Source of the DNA: an uncultured virus (IMG/VR IMGVR_UViG_3300042384_001469)
Taxonomy: Duplodnaviria > Heunggongvirae > Uroviricota > Caudoviricetes
IMG/VR virus record: IMGVR_UViG_3300042384_001469
Reading direction: 5' to 3' (one strand)
Length of the DNA stretch: 64,000 nucleotides
In this document: positions 28,215 to 38,082 of the stretch, piece after piece
How positions within the stretch are numbered: position 1 is the stretch's first letter
Layout of the letters: each line of letters begins with the position of its first letter
Notes under the pieces: model-generated
The model's database searches: none
Seen by the model: the letters and a program-made list of their open reading frames with translations, nothing else
Told to the model about the DNA's origin: nothing
Made by a program: the position numbers and the translations under genes

Positions 28215-28815
28215 TATCAAATTTTTTTGTTAAATATTCACAATCAAAAGATGGGTTTAAGTCCAAATATCTCTGATTAATATTACTTCTTATCAGTACA
28301 CCTTCAAACTTACTGAACCCTTTTACTTTAGTATTATGTCCAATAAACCTTTTTTTTATGTTATTTTCAGTACAAATTTTATCTAATAGTGGATAAATAA
28401 CATTTTTTTGTTGTTCAGTAAAAACGTCCCAATAAAGTTTATCTCTCCATTTTTTTTCAAAAACTTCTACTTCTTTATAAATATTACCAAAGCAGTCTTT
28501 GAAACCATTATTTTGTACTTCTTTTTCAAACCATCCTAAATTTTCTAAACAAACAACAATACTCTCATTATCTATTTCAGGGTTTTGAAAAAAATAACCG
28601 ACATCAGTGTTATTCAATAATTGTAACACTGTGCCGGTTTTTGTAATAATATAGTGAGGGATTTTAGAGTATTCTTTTAAATACCGATATTTTAAACTAA
28701 TTAAATAATTTGTAATATCCCTATTAGTTGAACATAATATTATGTTCTTTTTATCGTGTGTACCAAGAGATTTGAAAACACCATACTTATCTACCGTAAA
28801 TTCTATCGTTGACAT
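28198..28815 (-). CDS. N-acetylmuramoyl-L-alanine amidase-like (Amidase_2) protein, divergent active site
   Basis: PHYIITKTGTVLQLL, NESIVVCLENLG, FTEQQ, DLNPSFD. Confidence 0.6.
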   Translation of the reverse strand: MSTIEFTVDKYGVFKSLGTHDKKNIILCSTNRDITNYLISLKYRYLKEYSKIPHYIITKTGTVLQLLNNTDVGYFFQNPEIDNESIVVCLENLGWFEKEVQNNGFKDCFGNIYKEVEVFEKKWRDKLYWDVFTEQQKNVIYPLLDKICTENNIKKRFIGHNTKVKGFSKFEGVLIRSNINQRYLDLNPSFDCEYLTKKFDNDEFI

Positions 28816-29653
28816 ATCTCAAAGACCTTGGCGGATTTAAGGAATCGTTTATTGTGTTTTCCTCCAAAGTAATTTCTTTATTCTCATCATTATTCAAGAT
28901 TGTTTCAGTATCTTCAGTAGTTGTAGAATTTTCAATATGCCCCATATATTTTTGGTTCAATAAATCTTGCAACTTATCTAACTCCTCATCAGATGGTCTA
29001 ATAGGTTCTGTGGATACTTCTTCAGGTTCGTGATGAATAACATTAATAACCTTTTCTAATTTTTGTAAGTCCTCTTCTGTTGGTTTATATCTTATTTCTT
29101 CTTCTTGTTTAATTTTCTCCTCCATTATCTTACGGGCATCCTCGGTAGTTAACTCCACTTTATCATTAACTTCTTCAACTACTGACTGATTTTTTTCACT
29201 AAATTTAACCAACATATGTGCGAAAGTTAAAGATATTATTGGTAATAATCCACCGGTCAAAAAAGATAAAATTGTTTTATGTGAATTTAAATCGTTTCTT
29301 TCAACACCCATAGTCTCAAATAATCCTCCAGTCATATCAATCCAATCTTTAAACGATTGCCCTGTTTCGTCAATATAAGTGAATGAAAAAAATATGTTAC
29401 CTAACATTTGTATTAGAGTCACAATAAAAAAGGGTAAGTAAACAAACCTACCCATATTAACAGAGACAGCCGCAAGTGCTGACAATGCAGCAATTTCAAT
29501 ACCAACAGACAAATAAATTGCCCAAGTAAATGGATTCGATAACCCGTAAAAAGAAGTTACATGGGAAATAGAAACAAAGGCAACAAGTAAAATCGGTATA
29601 ACAAAAGCAGTTACGATAATGTTTTTTAGATTTTTAGTTAACCAATTTTTCAT
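28787..29653 (-). CDS. Multi-TM membrane protein with an acidic tail (holin-like position)
   Basis: About 4 TM segments; next to the amidase-like gene. Confidence 0.6.
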   Translation of the reverse strand: MKNWLTKNLKNIIVTAFVIPILLVAFVSISHVTSFYGLSNPFTWAIYLSVGIEIAALSALAAVSVNMGRFVYLPFFIVTLIQMLGNIFFSFTYIDETGQSFKDWIDMTGGLFETMGVERNDLNSHKTILSFLTGGLLPIISLTFAHMLVKFSEKNQSVVEEVNDKVELTTEDARKIMEEKIKQEEEIRYKPTEEDLQKLEKVINVIHHEPEEVSTEPIRPSDEELDKLQDLLNQKYMGHIENSTTTEDTETILNNDENKEITLEENTINDSLNPPRSLRYVNDRIYGR

Positions 29654-29928
29654 TTTTCTAATTCATTCTTATAATGATTTATTGGCACATTGTTTTTGTC
29701 AGATAATTCTTCAATCTCTAAAGTTTTCCAATTTGGAGTTTCTTTAATTAACTTAACCATCTCATCTTGTGTTACCAAAATATTGGATAGTGAATCTACT
29801 TTAGTTTTTAAAATTTCAACATCTTTTTGTGTTGATTTAACCTGACTTCCTGTTCCACATCCTTTAATGAAAATTAAGAATACTAAAACAAAAGTCGTAA
29901 TCGGAAGATAATTTTTAATTTTGTCCAT
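29650..29928 (-). CDS. Probable lipoprotein/spanin-like coiled-coil protein
   Basis: MDKIKNYLPITTFVLVFLIFIKG|CG lipobox-like sequence, then coiled coil; TATTTAT upstream. Confidence 0.55.
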   Translation of the reverse strand: MDKIKNYLPITTFVLVFLIFIKGCGTGSQVKSTQKDVEILKTKVDSLSNILVTQDEMVKLIKETPNWKTLEIEELSDKNNVPINHYKNELEK

Positions 29929-29977
29929 AACTTTTTTTTTAAAATTTAAATATAAATAATAAACAATAAATACTTCA

Positions 29978-30778
29978 TCAGATATAATCGAACAACGATG
30001 AACTCTCATTACGTAACTTACGTAGAGCCTTTTCTTTAATCTGTCTAACTCTTTCTTTAGTTAGATTGAAATCTGAACCGATATCCTCTAATGTTCTAGG
30101 TGTACCTGAAATTCCATAATAGTCCTCAACAATTTGTTTTTCTCTTTCATCTAATATGTTTAGTATATTAACTAAACCATCTCGTAATTGTTGTGAAGTA
30201 TTGAATACTTCGTCAGGTCTCATAGAATCCTTATTCTCAATCAAATCAATTAAAGTATCCCCCTCTTCATTGATTTGAGTCTCTAAGTTAATAGTGTATG
30301 GTAAGTTGGCGAATTTATCCTCCATTCTACCGTCAGTTTTTTCAACTCTCTTTTTTTCTTTATGTAGGTCTTGAACAACGTTAACGGGTATACGAATAGT
30401 TCGTGAATGTTCGTTAAGAGACTGTAGAATTGATTGTCTAACCCACCAAACTGCGTAAGAAATAAATCTTAAATTTTTAGACCAATCAAAATTATTCAGA
30501 GCTTTCATCAATCCAATATTACCTTCCGCAACCAAATCAGGAAAATCAACTCCTTGATTTTGGTACTGTTTTGCAACTGTAATGACAAAACGTAAATTAC
30601 CTTCTAAAATTTCCTTCTTAATTGACTCTTTTTGTTTTTCTGAAATGTTTTCAGATTGCATTATTTTTGATAACTCCCTTTCTCTTTCAGGTGTCATCAC
30701 TTTAATTTTCCTAATGTCTTTTAAGTAAAAACTAACTTCGTCTTGATTAATTGGAATTACAGATTGTTTATTTATCAT
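29978..30778 (-). CDS. RNA polymerase sigma-70 factor, RpoD/SigA family lacking region 1.1
   Basis: YLKDI, NLRFVITVAKQYQNQG, DLVAEGNIGLMKA, RFISYAVWWVRQSI, TLEDIG..LTKERVRQIKEKALRKLR. Confidence 0.93.
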   Translation of the reverse strand: MINKQSVIPINQDEVSFYLKDIRKIKVMTPERERELSKIMQSENISEKQKESIKKEILEGNLRFVITVAKQYQNQGVDFPDLVAEGNIGLMKALNNFDWSKNLRFISYAVWWVRQSILQSLNEHSRTIRIPVNVVQDLHKEKKRVEKTDGRMEDKFANLPYTINLETQINEEGDTLIDLIENKDSMRPDEVFNTSQQLRDGLVNILNILDEREKQIVEDYYGISGTPRTLEDIGSDFNLTKERVRQIKEKALRKLRNESSSLFDYI

Positions 30779-30785
30779 GTTTAAT

Positions 30786-31307
30786 TTATTTTGAGTATTC
30801 ATTTAATAATTTGATTTCGTTTTCAGTTAATGAGTCAATACCTGATTCATTTATCTTGTCCAATAATTGGTCCAAAGTAGGTACTTCAACAGGTATTGTC
30901 TGTGGTTTAAATAATACACTAAACAGTTTTTCCATAGAATCACTGATATCACTATCCCCAAACTTAGGTATGTCAGTCATATCAATTGTAAAATTTGTGA
31001 CTTTATTGTCTGACTTTTTGTCAGTTTCACCAAATAAATGACTATGAATGTCCTCATCCATAGAAAGAATCATATTATCATTTACAGGAAAAACAAAAAA
31101 CATTGCGGTCAATTTAGTTATTGATTCTTCAAAAAATTTACTAATTCCATCAGTATCCAATGAAGTTTCAAAGTTAACTATTATCCCAGCGTCTCCATAT
31201 TGGTACCTTACGTCTTTTTTAGATATTTGTGAGACACAATCAATTATTAATTTAATGTGAGGCTCAGTTTCCTTGTAATCCCCAAAAGCAAAAAGTATAT
31301 ATTCCAT
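30786..31307 (-). CDS. Hypothetical protein
   Basis: C-terminal LDQLLDKINESGIDSLTENE; TATATTTG at 31328-31321. Confidence 0.65.
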   Translation of the reverse strand: MEYILFAFGDYKETEPHIKLIIDCVSQISKKDVRYQYGDAGIIVNFETSLDTDGISKFFEESITKLTAMFFVFPVNDNMILSMDEDIHSHLFGETDKKSDNKVTNFTIDMTDIPKFGDSDISDSMEKLFSVLFKPQTIPVEVPTLDQLLDKINESGIDSLTENEIKLLNEYSK

Positions 31308-31355
31308 AATTTTATTTCTACAAATATACGATGAAAAAACAATATCCCCAAAGAA

Positions 31356-33683
31356 TTATTGTGAAACTTTGGAGATATTGTCTGTTTTTGAAATTTTGAT
31401 TACATTATCCGCCCAATTTGAAATCATTGGGTTGTGTGTAATTACTAAAATGTTTTCAAAGTACTCTTTAATCTTAATAAAGAACTCATATACCATTTCC
31501 AAGTTGTCGTTGGAAATCTTTCCGAACACCTCGTCAAATACTGTAATGTTTGGTTTTGGTAATGAACATACTTTGGCAAGTACCGCTCTTAGAGCGAGTG
31601 ATGCAATGGTTTTCTCATACCCTGAACCTGTTGTCATAAGTTTTTCAACTTGGGTATTGTTATCAATCATCCAAAACTCAACCTCATTCTTTTCACTAAT
31701 ACGAATTTCTAATCTGAAATAACAAGAGTCCTGTAATAATCGTTGTAACTCTGAATTGATAAGTGGCATCATGCTCTTCATAATTCTCTTAGCAATACCA
31801 TTCTTACCGAACAATTCCAAGTACAATTTATACTTCATTTCTTTTTCTTGTTCCTCAGCAATTTTAACAATTGTCTTTAAATTACCGTCAATTTTCTCCT
31901 CGTTTTGTTTAATTTGGAACTCTGAATTGGAGATACTTTTTTGTATCTGTTCCAATTCTCTTTTTAATTCTTCCAACCTTAAATTTGCCTTTATGATTTG
32001 GCTCTCGATTTGCTCATTTGACTTAATAACGTCTTGCATCTCAGAGTACCTTGATAGTTTTGACTCCAAAGTTTCTTTTTTAGTTTGGAATGTTTCTATT
32101 GTAGCTTGGTATTTTTCATAAACAAGTTTATTTTTTTCATACTCATCAAAGTCTTTTTTAAGTTTAACAAACCCCTGTTCTTTGTCGGACAATTCCTGCA
32201 TTAGCCCTTGTATTTCGGTTTTTTGCATGATAAGTCCGTCAAGTTCTGCGATTCTAGATTGTGTGATTGCCGCGTTCATTAATTCAATTCCACAGTGTTC
32301 ACATTTGATTCCACCACTCACAGAACTTTTTAACTTTTCAATTCCTGAAATGTTCGTATCAACCTCAACTTTTTGCTTATAAGCCTTTTGATATTCTTCT
32401 TTAATCTTGTCGTGTTCACTTTCAGTATAAAACTCTGAAGGTTCAACAATCTTAATTGAATCTCTCAATAAAATGTTTTGTTTAATCTGATTTTCAAACC
32501 CATCAATCTCTTTTTGAGTTTGGTCAGGGTTCATTAGAGTAAGTTCTTTTTCAACAACAACTTTTGATTTTAATAAATTGTCACGATACTCCTGACCTTT
32601 ATCAATACGTCCATTAACATCAACAATCTTAGTTTGATTTTCCTTAATTGTATTTTTAATAGTTTCATTGGTAATGACTAACTCCTCATTCTGAGTTTTT
32701 AATGATTCAGTGTTGTAGATATTTGAAATCATAGACTTAGAAAATACTGAATAAATTTCTTTACCAGTTTCTTCTTTTCTTTTTAAGAAATCTAATCCTA
32801 AAAATCTTGATAAAACTTGTCCTCTTGCCGTTGGTTTAGCCTCAAGTAAATCTTCAAGGTTAGTACCTGTAGTTAAAATAGTCATTAAGAAGTCATCATA
32901 ACTTCCAATAGATGTTTTGATGAAATTTTCAGTTTCTCGTCTTTGTTCTCCAGTAAACTTAACTAATGAACCATCAGGATATTTCTTAAAGAAATCTAAT
33001 TCAGTTTTAACATTCCATTCACCTGCCTTTGATTTTTTACGTTCAAGTTCTCGAACAATAATGTAATCCTCACCATCAATTACAATCTCACCACGAACAG
33101 ATACTTTATCTTTATCTGAGTACCTATTGAATACTTCCTCAGCCTTGTTTGTCTTGGTCGTAGTATTAAAGAATAAAAATAACAATAAATCAACAGATAG
33201 AACAGTCTTACCTCCAAAGTTAGGTGGGTCTGATTCAATTACAGTGATACCCCCTAACTTTTCAAAGTTAAGGGTTTGATTTTCACCGTAAGATAAAAAA
33301 TTTGAAAACTCAATTTTCTTAATAAACCACTTCTTGAATGTCCCAACCTCTTCTTGTTCAGCAATCATTTTGTTGTTAACTGCTGAGTCAATTTTTAGAA
33401 TATCTTCATAAAGATTTACTTGTCCTTTAGATTCAAGAATGGATTTCATAAGTTCATGTTGGAAGTTTTCATCCATAATATTGAATGACACGTCAACATT
33501 GTCCTGAACTTCTTCACTCTTTTTAAGTTTTGTAATAACATTTACACTAGTTGTGTTATACTTCTTTTGGAAGTAATGTTTCACATTCTTTAACTTTTCT
33601 TGTGTGAAATTTTCGGGAGCATCCTCCCATACGACTTGTACATATGGGTTTTCAAACTTATTAAAATCCAAATCTTTAATCAT
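31356..33683 (-). CDS. SbcC/Rad50 (gp46-like) recombination ATPase
   Basis: NFLSYG, Walker A NFGGKT, zinc hook CEHC, signature GSGYEK, Walker B VFDEVFG, ITH. Confidence 0.9.
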   Translation of the reverse strand: MIKDLDFNKFENPYVQVVWEDAPENFTQEKLKNVKHYFQKKYNTTSVNVITKLKKSEEVQDNVDVSFNIMDENFQHELMKSILESKGQVNLYEDILKIDSAVNNKMIAEQEEVGTFKKWFIKKIEFSNFLSYGENQTLNFEKLGGITVIESDPPNFGGKTVLSVDLLLFLFFNTTTKTNKAEEVFNRYSDKDKVSVRGEIVIDGEDYIIVRELERKKSKAGEWNVKTELDFFKKYPDGSLVKFTGEQRRETENFIKTSIGSYDDFLMTILTTGTNLEDLLEAKPTARGQVLSRFLGLDFLKRKEETGKEIYSVFSKSMISNIYNTESLKTQNEELVITNETIKNTIKENQTKIVDVNGRIDKGQEYRDNLLKSKVVVEKELTLMNPDQTQKEIDGFENQIKQNILLRDSIKIVEPSEFYTESEHDKIKEEYQKAYKQKVEVDTNISGIEKLKSSVSGGIKCEHCGIELMNAAITQSRIAELDGLIMQKTEIQGLMQELSDKEQGFVKLKKDFDEYEKNKLVYEKYQATIETFQTKKETLESKLSRYSEMQDVIKSNEQIESQIIKANLRLEELKRELEQIQKSISNSEFQIKQNEEKIDGNLKTIVKIAEEQEKEMKYKLYLELFGKNGIAKRIMKSMMPLINSELQRLLQDSCYFRLEIRISEKNEVEFWMIDNNTQVEKLMTTGSGYEKTIASLALRAVLAKVCSLPKPNITVFDEVFGKISNDNLEMVYEFFIKIKEYFENILVITHNPMISNWADNVIKISKTDNISKVSQ

Positions 33684-33699
33684 CCTTACTCTCTCTAAA

Positions 33700-33885
33700 T
33701 TAAACGGTTTGCTGAACAGGTTCATTGTTCTCAGTGGTTCCTGATTGAGCCTCTCTAATTTTTTCAATTTGTTCCATCATCGCTTCGTTCATCATTCTTT
33801 GATAACGTCTTTTAGCGTGTTCTACTTTCATTTTCCAAGCCGCAACTTTCTGTTTGTGGTTTGGTCTTAATCTTGATTTTGGCAT
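33700..33885 (-). CDS. Small basic hypothetical protein
   Basis: MPKSRLRPNHKQKV. Confidence 0.6.
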   Translation of the reverse strand: MPKSRLRPNHKQKVAAWKMKVEHAKRRYQRMMNEAMMEQIEKIREAQSGTTENNEPVQQTV

Positions 33886-33901
33886 ATATATTTGTTTTTA
33901 G

Positions 33902-34252
33902 TTATTTAATTTTACTTGGTCTATTTTCTTCGAACCATTCAATAAATCCATTTATTCCCCATACTGACCCTGAAGCCAATAATCCGTCAAAAAACCAAGA
34001 GAAATATGAGTTTAATTGGAATAATTCGTGGGTAGGGGAATAAATAAATAAACCTAAGAAAAACCCAATCCATGTAGAACAACACATCATACATGATAAA
34101 ATACCAGATATGAATTTAGATGTATCAGACATAATCAAATCAGATTCCCCATATTCTTTTATGAAATTTCTCATTCCTTTAAAAATGGTACCATATACCA
34201 TTATTGTGCTAAATCCGTAGGCTAATATTGCCCATACAATAAATGCTGTCAT
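33902..34252 (-). CDS. Membrane protein, DUF1360-like
   Basis: TM helices with LSCMMCCSTWIG. Confidence 0.6.
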   Translation of the reverse strand: MTAFIVWAILAYGFSTIMVYGTIFKGMRNFIKEYGESDLIMSDTSKFISGILSCMMCCSTWIGFFLGLFIYSPTHELFQLNSYFSWFFDGLLASGSVWGINGFIEWFEENRPSKIK

Positions 34253-34256
34253 AATA

Positions 34257-34709
34257 TTATAATTTATTTGTTAAGTTTGAATTTTTCATATAAAAAGCAT
34301 AAGAAGTTTTTGTCAAATTTTCAAGGTCATTAACCTTACTTCTTAATTCTTTTATTGTTTCATTTTTATCTCCAAGTTGTCTATTAAGTTCCATGAGTGT
34401 TTCTTGAAGTTTTAAACACTCAATTTCTTTTTGGTTTTCAAGTTTACCTTTAAGTATATAAATTTGATTTTCAAGTTCTTCAATCTTTGAAGTATCCTCG
34501 ACTTTTATTTCTCTTTCAAATTCTCTTTCAATTACATCAGGTAGGTTACCTTGATTTAATAATCCATATTTTTCAATATAATACCCTTTTCTCAAACATA
34601 ATGTAATAAATCCATTTACATCATTTATTTCATTTAATTTACAAAATAAATTAATATCCTCAGAGTCTAATCTACTTAACTCAATAGTTAACGAGTTTTT
34701 CTTTTCCAT
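34257..34709 (-). CDS. Coiled-coil hypothetical protein
   Basis: In-operon ORF. Confidence 0.65.
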   Translation of the reverse strand: MEKKNSLTIELSRLDSEDINLFCKLNEINDVNGFITLCLRKGYYIEKYGLLNQGNLPDVIEREFEREIKVEDTSKIEELENQIYILKGKLENQKEIECLKLQETLMELNRQLGDKNETIKELRSKVNDLENLTKTSYAFYMKNSNLTNKL

Positions 34710-35460
34710 TTTCAATATCTTCGTATGAGTTTATTCTAAAAGCAATAAATGGTTTTGGGTTATGTAAGTCAACAGTAACATATTCATCCTTTTCAACATC
34801 ATAAATTCCATACCCATGTTTTGTAATAGTTTCACCATAGTTTTGTACAATGGTTGAACCAATCATATAAGCTTTCTTTCCACCAGGTATATCAAAGATT
34901 TGTCTCTTATGGATGTCACCACAAAATACCAAATCACATCCATCAAATTTTGAAGATTCAAATCCATCTTCAAATTTAAATCCTAAATTGGTTGTTAATC
35001 CTTGTACAGGACCATGGAACAATCCAATCTTAACTCGGTCTGATTTTTCAATCTCAGGTGGAATATTATGGTCCATAAGTGAGTACACACACCAATCAAT
35101 ATTTTGGTCAGGGTAAACACCTCTATTTTTATAATAGACCACCATTTCATTTTGTAGTGAATCCACCACTGGAGTTAAGGCGTCCAATCTTTCCATATTA
35201 TTTTCAAGGAAGTCATGGTTACCAGGTATTAAAATTGTCTTAGTAATTTTTGAACATTCTGTCAATACCCAAGCAATAAATTCAACAAGCTCAGGCGTCA
35301 TTTGATTTTTAGAATGTACTAAATCTCCAGTAAAGACAATACGGTCAGGAGCAATATCTCTCCACTGTTTGAAGGCATCTTGTAAAATTCTCTTATACAA
35401 GTCGTGGTCTTTAAATAAACGAATGTGTAAATCACTGAAATGAATTATTTTTTTTATCAT
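34681..35460 (-). CDS. SbcD/Mre11 (gp47-like) metallophosphoesterase nuclease
   Basis: DLH, GDLVH, GNHD, FHG, GDIH. Confidence 0.9.
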   Translation of the reverse strand: MIKKIIHFSDLHIRLFKDHDLYKRILQDAFKQWRDIAPDRIVFTGDLVHSKNQMTPELVEFIAWVLTECSKITKTILIPGNHDFLENNMERLDALTPVVDSLQNEMVVYYKNRGVYPDQNIDWCVYSLMDHNIPPEIEKSDRVKIGLFHGPVQGLTTNLGFKFEDGFESSKFDGCDLVFCGDIHKRQIFDIPGGKKAYMIGSTIVQNYGETITKHGYGIYDVEKDEYVTVDLHNPKPFIAFRINSYEDIENGKEKLVNY

Positions 35461-35690
35461 AAGTCAAGTTTAGGTGAGTCTTGTGTGAAAGGATTTAATT
35501 CCTCATTAATATGTCCACACTTCAGACAAGCGTAAGTTGGAAAAGGTACGATTGTGTCATTAGGCGACCCTGTCATTAGTTTTGGGACTAATTTTAAATA
35601 AGTAACTTCTTTGAACTGGTCAAAGTCACACTCGTCACATTTAACAAAGTTCATTTCTCTTAAATTAATTCTTGGTTTTTCTAAATCCAT
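35457..35690 (-). CDS. Zinc-ribbon protein
   Basis: CDEC...CLKCGH. Confidence 0.7.
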   Translation of the reverse strand: MDLEKPRINLREMNFVKCDECDFDQFKEVTYLKLVPKLMTGSPNDTIVPFPTYACLKCGHINEELNPFTQDSPKLDL

Positions 35691-35775
35691 TTATTTATTA
35701 TTTTTAACAGTTTTTATAATATCGTAAGCAACATACACTGATATTGCAATTGAGATAATTCCAAATGTAATCATA

Positions 35776-35994
35776 TTATTCTTCGATAAACATTATTGTT
35801 TGTGAAATTGGTACTCTGAGTACCGGAATTGATGAGTAACCTGAAGGAACCATAATATTATCAATTCGTTTCATAACTTCATAGTATCCTTCTCTTACCT
35901 GAACTGTTGGTACGTTCTCGTAACTTTCGTGATGTAGGTCACCAAAATCAACGGTAACTTGTTTGTTTTTTGTGTAAAATGTTAGTTTAATCAT
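35776..35994 (-). CDS. Hypothetical protein
   Basis: TTGACA-N17-TATATT upstream (36031-36003). Confidence 0.65.
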   Translation of the reverse strand: MIKLTFYTKNKQVTVDFGDLHHESYENVPTVQVREGYYEVMKRIDNIMVPSGYSSIPVLRVPISQTIMFIEE

Positions 35995-36027
35995 AGTGTT
36001 TAAATATATAACTTTTTAAGTTTATTG

Positions 36028-36882
36028 TCAATTTAAATAATCTTTTACGTTCATATTAAGAACGGTATCAATTACATCTTGTGGAACACGATATTCTTCA
36101 TATTCTGAATCCTCACGCAATAATACGACAATACATCCATATAACCTAATGTTTTCATATTTTGTCCCCTCTAACATTTTTAACAATAATTTACCATAAA
36201 GTGGTAGCTGAACATAATAATGTCCTAATGCAGTATTTGGATACTTCTGAAACGGACTATACATTGACTTTGTGAAATTATTAGCAACAAAGTTTTTAGG
36301 TTTATTTGTTTTCCAGTCGGTTATTAGTAATCCAAATTCATCACCTTTCTTATTAACCACTAACCAAATTTTATCAGGTTGTCCTGTGTAACCAAGTTCA
36401 GGATGCCCCAATACCATCTCAGTATCTAATAAGACAACATCTCTACCTTCCATAAGTTTAAGATATTTTGACCCAGCGGATATCATACTATCCCCTTTTA
36501 ATATTTGAGTAAAATCACAATCAAAAACAGGTTGTCTTACTTCTTTATAATCGCCATGTTTTTCAATTAATTTCTTTTCCAAGATATAGTGTACTCGACT
36601 ACCCATATTTGTTGAGTAATCTCCCGCAGCCGCCCATTCCTCAATAAGTTGTTGTTTAACTACAGGGTCCCCTTTTGATTTTTTTTCCGCGGCTTCATCA
36701 GTCGGGAACTCAGGGTAAAACTTTTTTAGTACTTTTGATACTGACGGGAAAGAACTTTTAACTTCCCCATCAACATCTTTCATAAAATAAGTGTGAGTAT
36801 CTTCAATAAAAGTTAACTCTAATTCATTTCTTTTTTCTTCTAAAATCTCTCTAATCTCAAGAGCAACATTTTTTAAATCCAT
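36028..36882 (-). CDS. PD-(D/E)XK exonuclease
   Basis: PSVSKV, GSRVHYILE, GQPD..DWKT, YYVQLPLY. Confidence 0.82.
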   Translation of the reverse strand: MDLKNVALEIREILEEKRNELELTFIEDTHTYFMKDVDGEVKSSFPSVSKVLKKFYPEFPTDEAAEKKSKGDPVVKQQLIEEWAAAGDYSTNMGSRVHYILEKKLIEKHGDYKEVRQPVFDCDFTQILKGDSMISAGSKYLKLMEGRDVVLLDTEMVLGHPELGYTGQPDKIWLVVNKKGDEFGLLITDWKTNKPKNFVANNFTKSMYSPFQKYPNTALGHYYVQLPLYGKLLLKMLEGTKYENIRLYGCIVVLLREDSEYEEYRVPQDVIDTVLNMNVKDYLN

Positions 36883-36883
36883 T

Positions 36884-37780
36884 TTAATATTTCATTTCAT
36901 AATAATAATCATCAATCTTACCTCTTAATTCGGCAACATCTGAATCTTTTGGTAGTTTTAAAACTTTAACTCTACCTCTTAACTTTCCACCATTTAATTG
37001 GTTGTATAATTTTTGGGCGTCTTTCCATGCGTCAGCGTCCAAACAAATAATCACATCTGATTTTGCATTGTCATAGATTGTCTCAAATAACTTTTCACTT
37101 AAAACTTTACCTAAAAGTATTACAGGATTTGGAACAAAGAATCCGTCGAAAACACCTTCACATAAATAAATTGTTTTATCCCAATCAATTAATCTTTCAT
37201 TAAAAATTATCACTTCTTTTGGAGCTTCAGGATTTTTATATTTATTTTTTGTCTTAAACCAAGCTCTTGAAACAAAGTAGTTTAACTCACCTTCTTTATC
37301 ATATGATGGTACAATAACCCTCCCCATATACTCTCCTTCTGAAGCAAATCCAATATTATATTTTTCAATCATTTGGTCCGTTATACCTCTTGATTTTATA
37401 TACTTTAGAGCTTCTTTGTGAGGAATATGTAGTGGATTAATATCTTTAAATGATGTAAATTCTTTGGGTAGTTGTAATTTTGGAATAAACTTTTCTTTTA
37501 CTTTTTGGTCTTCAGGTTTAAATAGGTCGTAAATCTTTCTTTGTCTTTTGGTACCAAATATGTCAATTAATTTTCCTAGCACTCCATGAGTTCCATTTGT
37601 TTCAGAACATGCCCAACATTTGTAGACGTGTTCATTAATATTAATTTCTAAATTACCTTTATTTTTCCCATCATCACAATAAGGACAATTAAATGAAATT
37701 TGTCCTTTTGAAGAATAGAAATGTTTTTCTTTCCCAAAAAGGTCTCTCATCATATCCACCAATACTTCATTTTCGTCCAT
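36884..37780 (-). CDS. DNA primase (zinc finger plus TOPRIM)
   Basis: CPYC...CWAC, KYKNP, CEGVFDG, CLDADA. Confidence 0.88.
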   Translation of the reverse strand: MDENEVLVDMMRDLFGKEKHFYSSKGQISFNCPYCDDGKNKGNLEININEHVYKCWACSETNGTHGVLGKLIDIFGTKRQRKIYDLFKPEDQKVKEKFIPKLQLPKEFTSFKDINPLHIPHKEALKYIKSRGITDQMIEKYNIGFASEGEYMGRVIVPSYDKEGELNYFVSRAWFKTKNKYKNPEAPKEVIIFNERLIDWDKTIYLCEGVFDGFFVPNPVILLGKVLSEKLFETIYDNAKSDVIICLDADAWKDAQKLYNQLNGGKLRGRVKVLKLPKDSDVAELRGKIDDYYYEMKY

Positions 37781-37857
37781 ACCATAAAATATAATAAAAA
37801 AGTTATTTAAATCAAACTACACAAACTTTTTGTTACTTCTATATTTATTTAAAAGTT

Positions 37858-38082
37858 ATGGCAGTTCAAGTTACGGTTAATAATATAACGGGGTCAACTC
37901 CGTATGATGTATATCTTTGTGACACTTCACAAACAACTTGCATTTATATTAATCAAATTACCGATTCTCAATTACCATATAATTTTATAATACCACAACC
38001 ATTTGATACTCAAAGTAATTATATTATTAAATTAATTGATGTTTATGGGTGTGTGATAATTAATAATTTTAATGTAAGTTAA
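37858..38082 (+). CDS. Stand-alone copy of the shared NI(T/S)GxxPY..CDx5C..GC domain
   Basis: Aligns by eye with the N-termini of 49725(-) and 58900(-); its stop overlaps the next ATG. Confidence 0.7.
   Translation: MAVQVTVNNITGSTPYDVYLCDTSQTTCIYINQITDSQLPYNFIIPQPFDTQSNYIIKLIDVYGCVIINNFNVS

Noticed and set aside
36028..36882. Cas4 of a CRISPR system
   Set aside because: No Fe-S cysteine cluster; sits in a primase/SbcCD replication block
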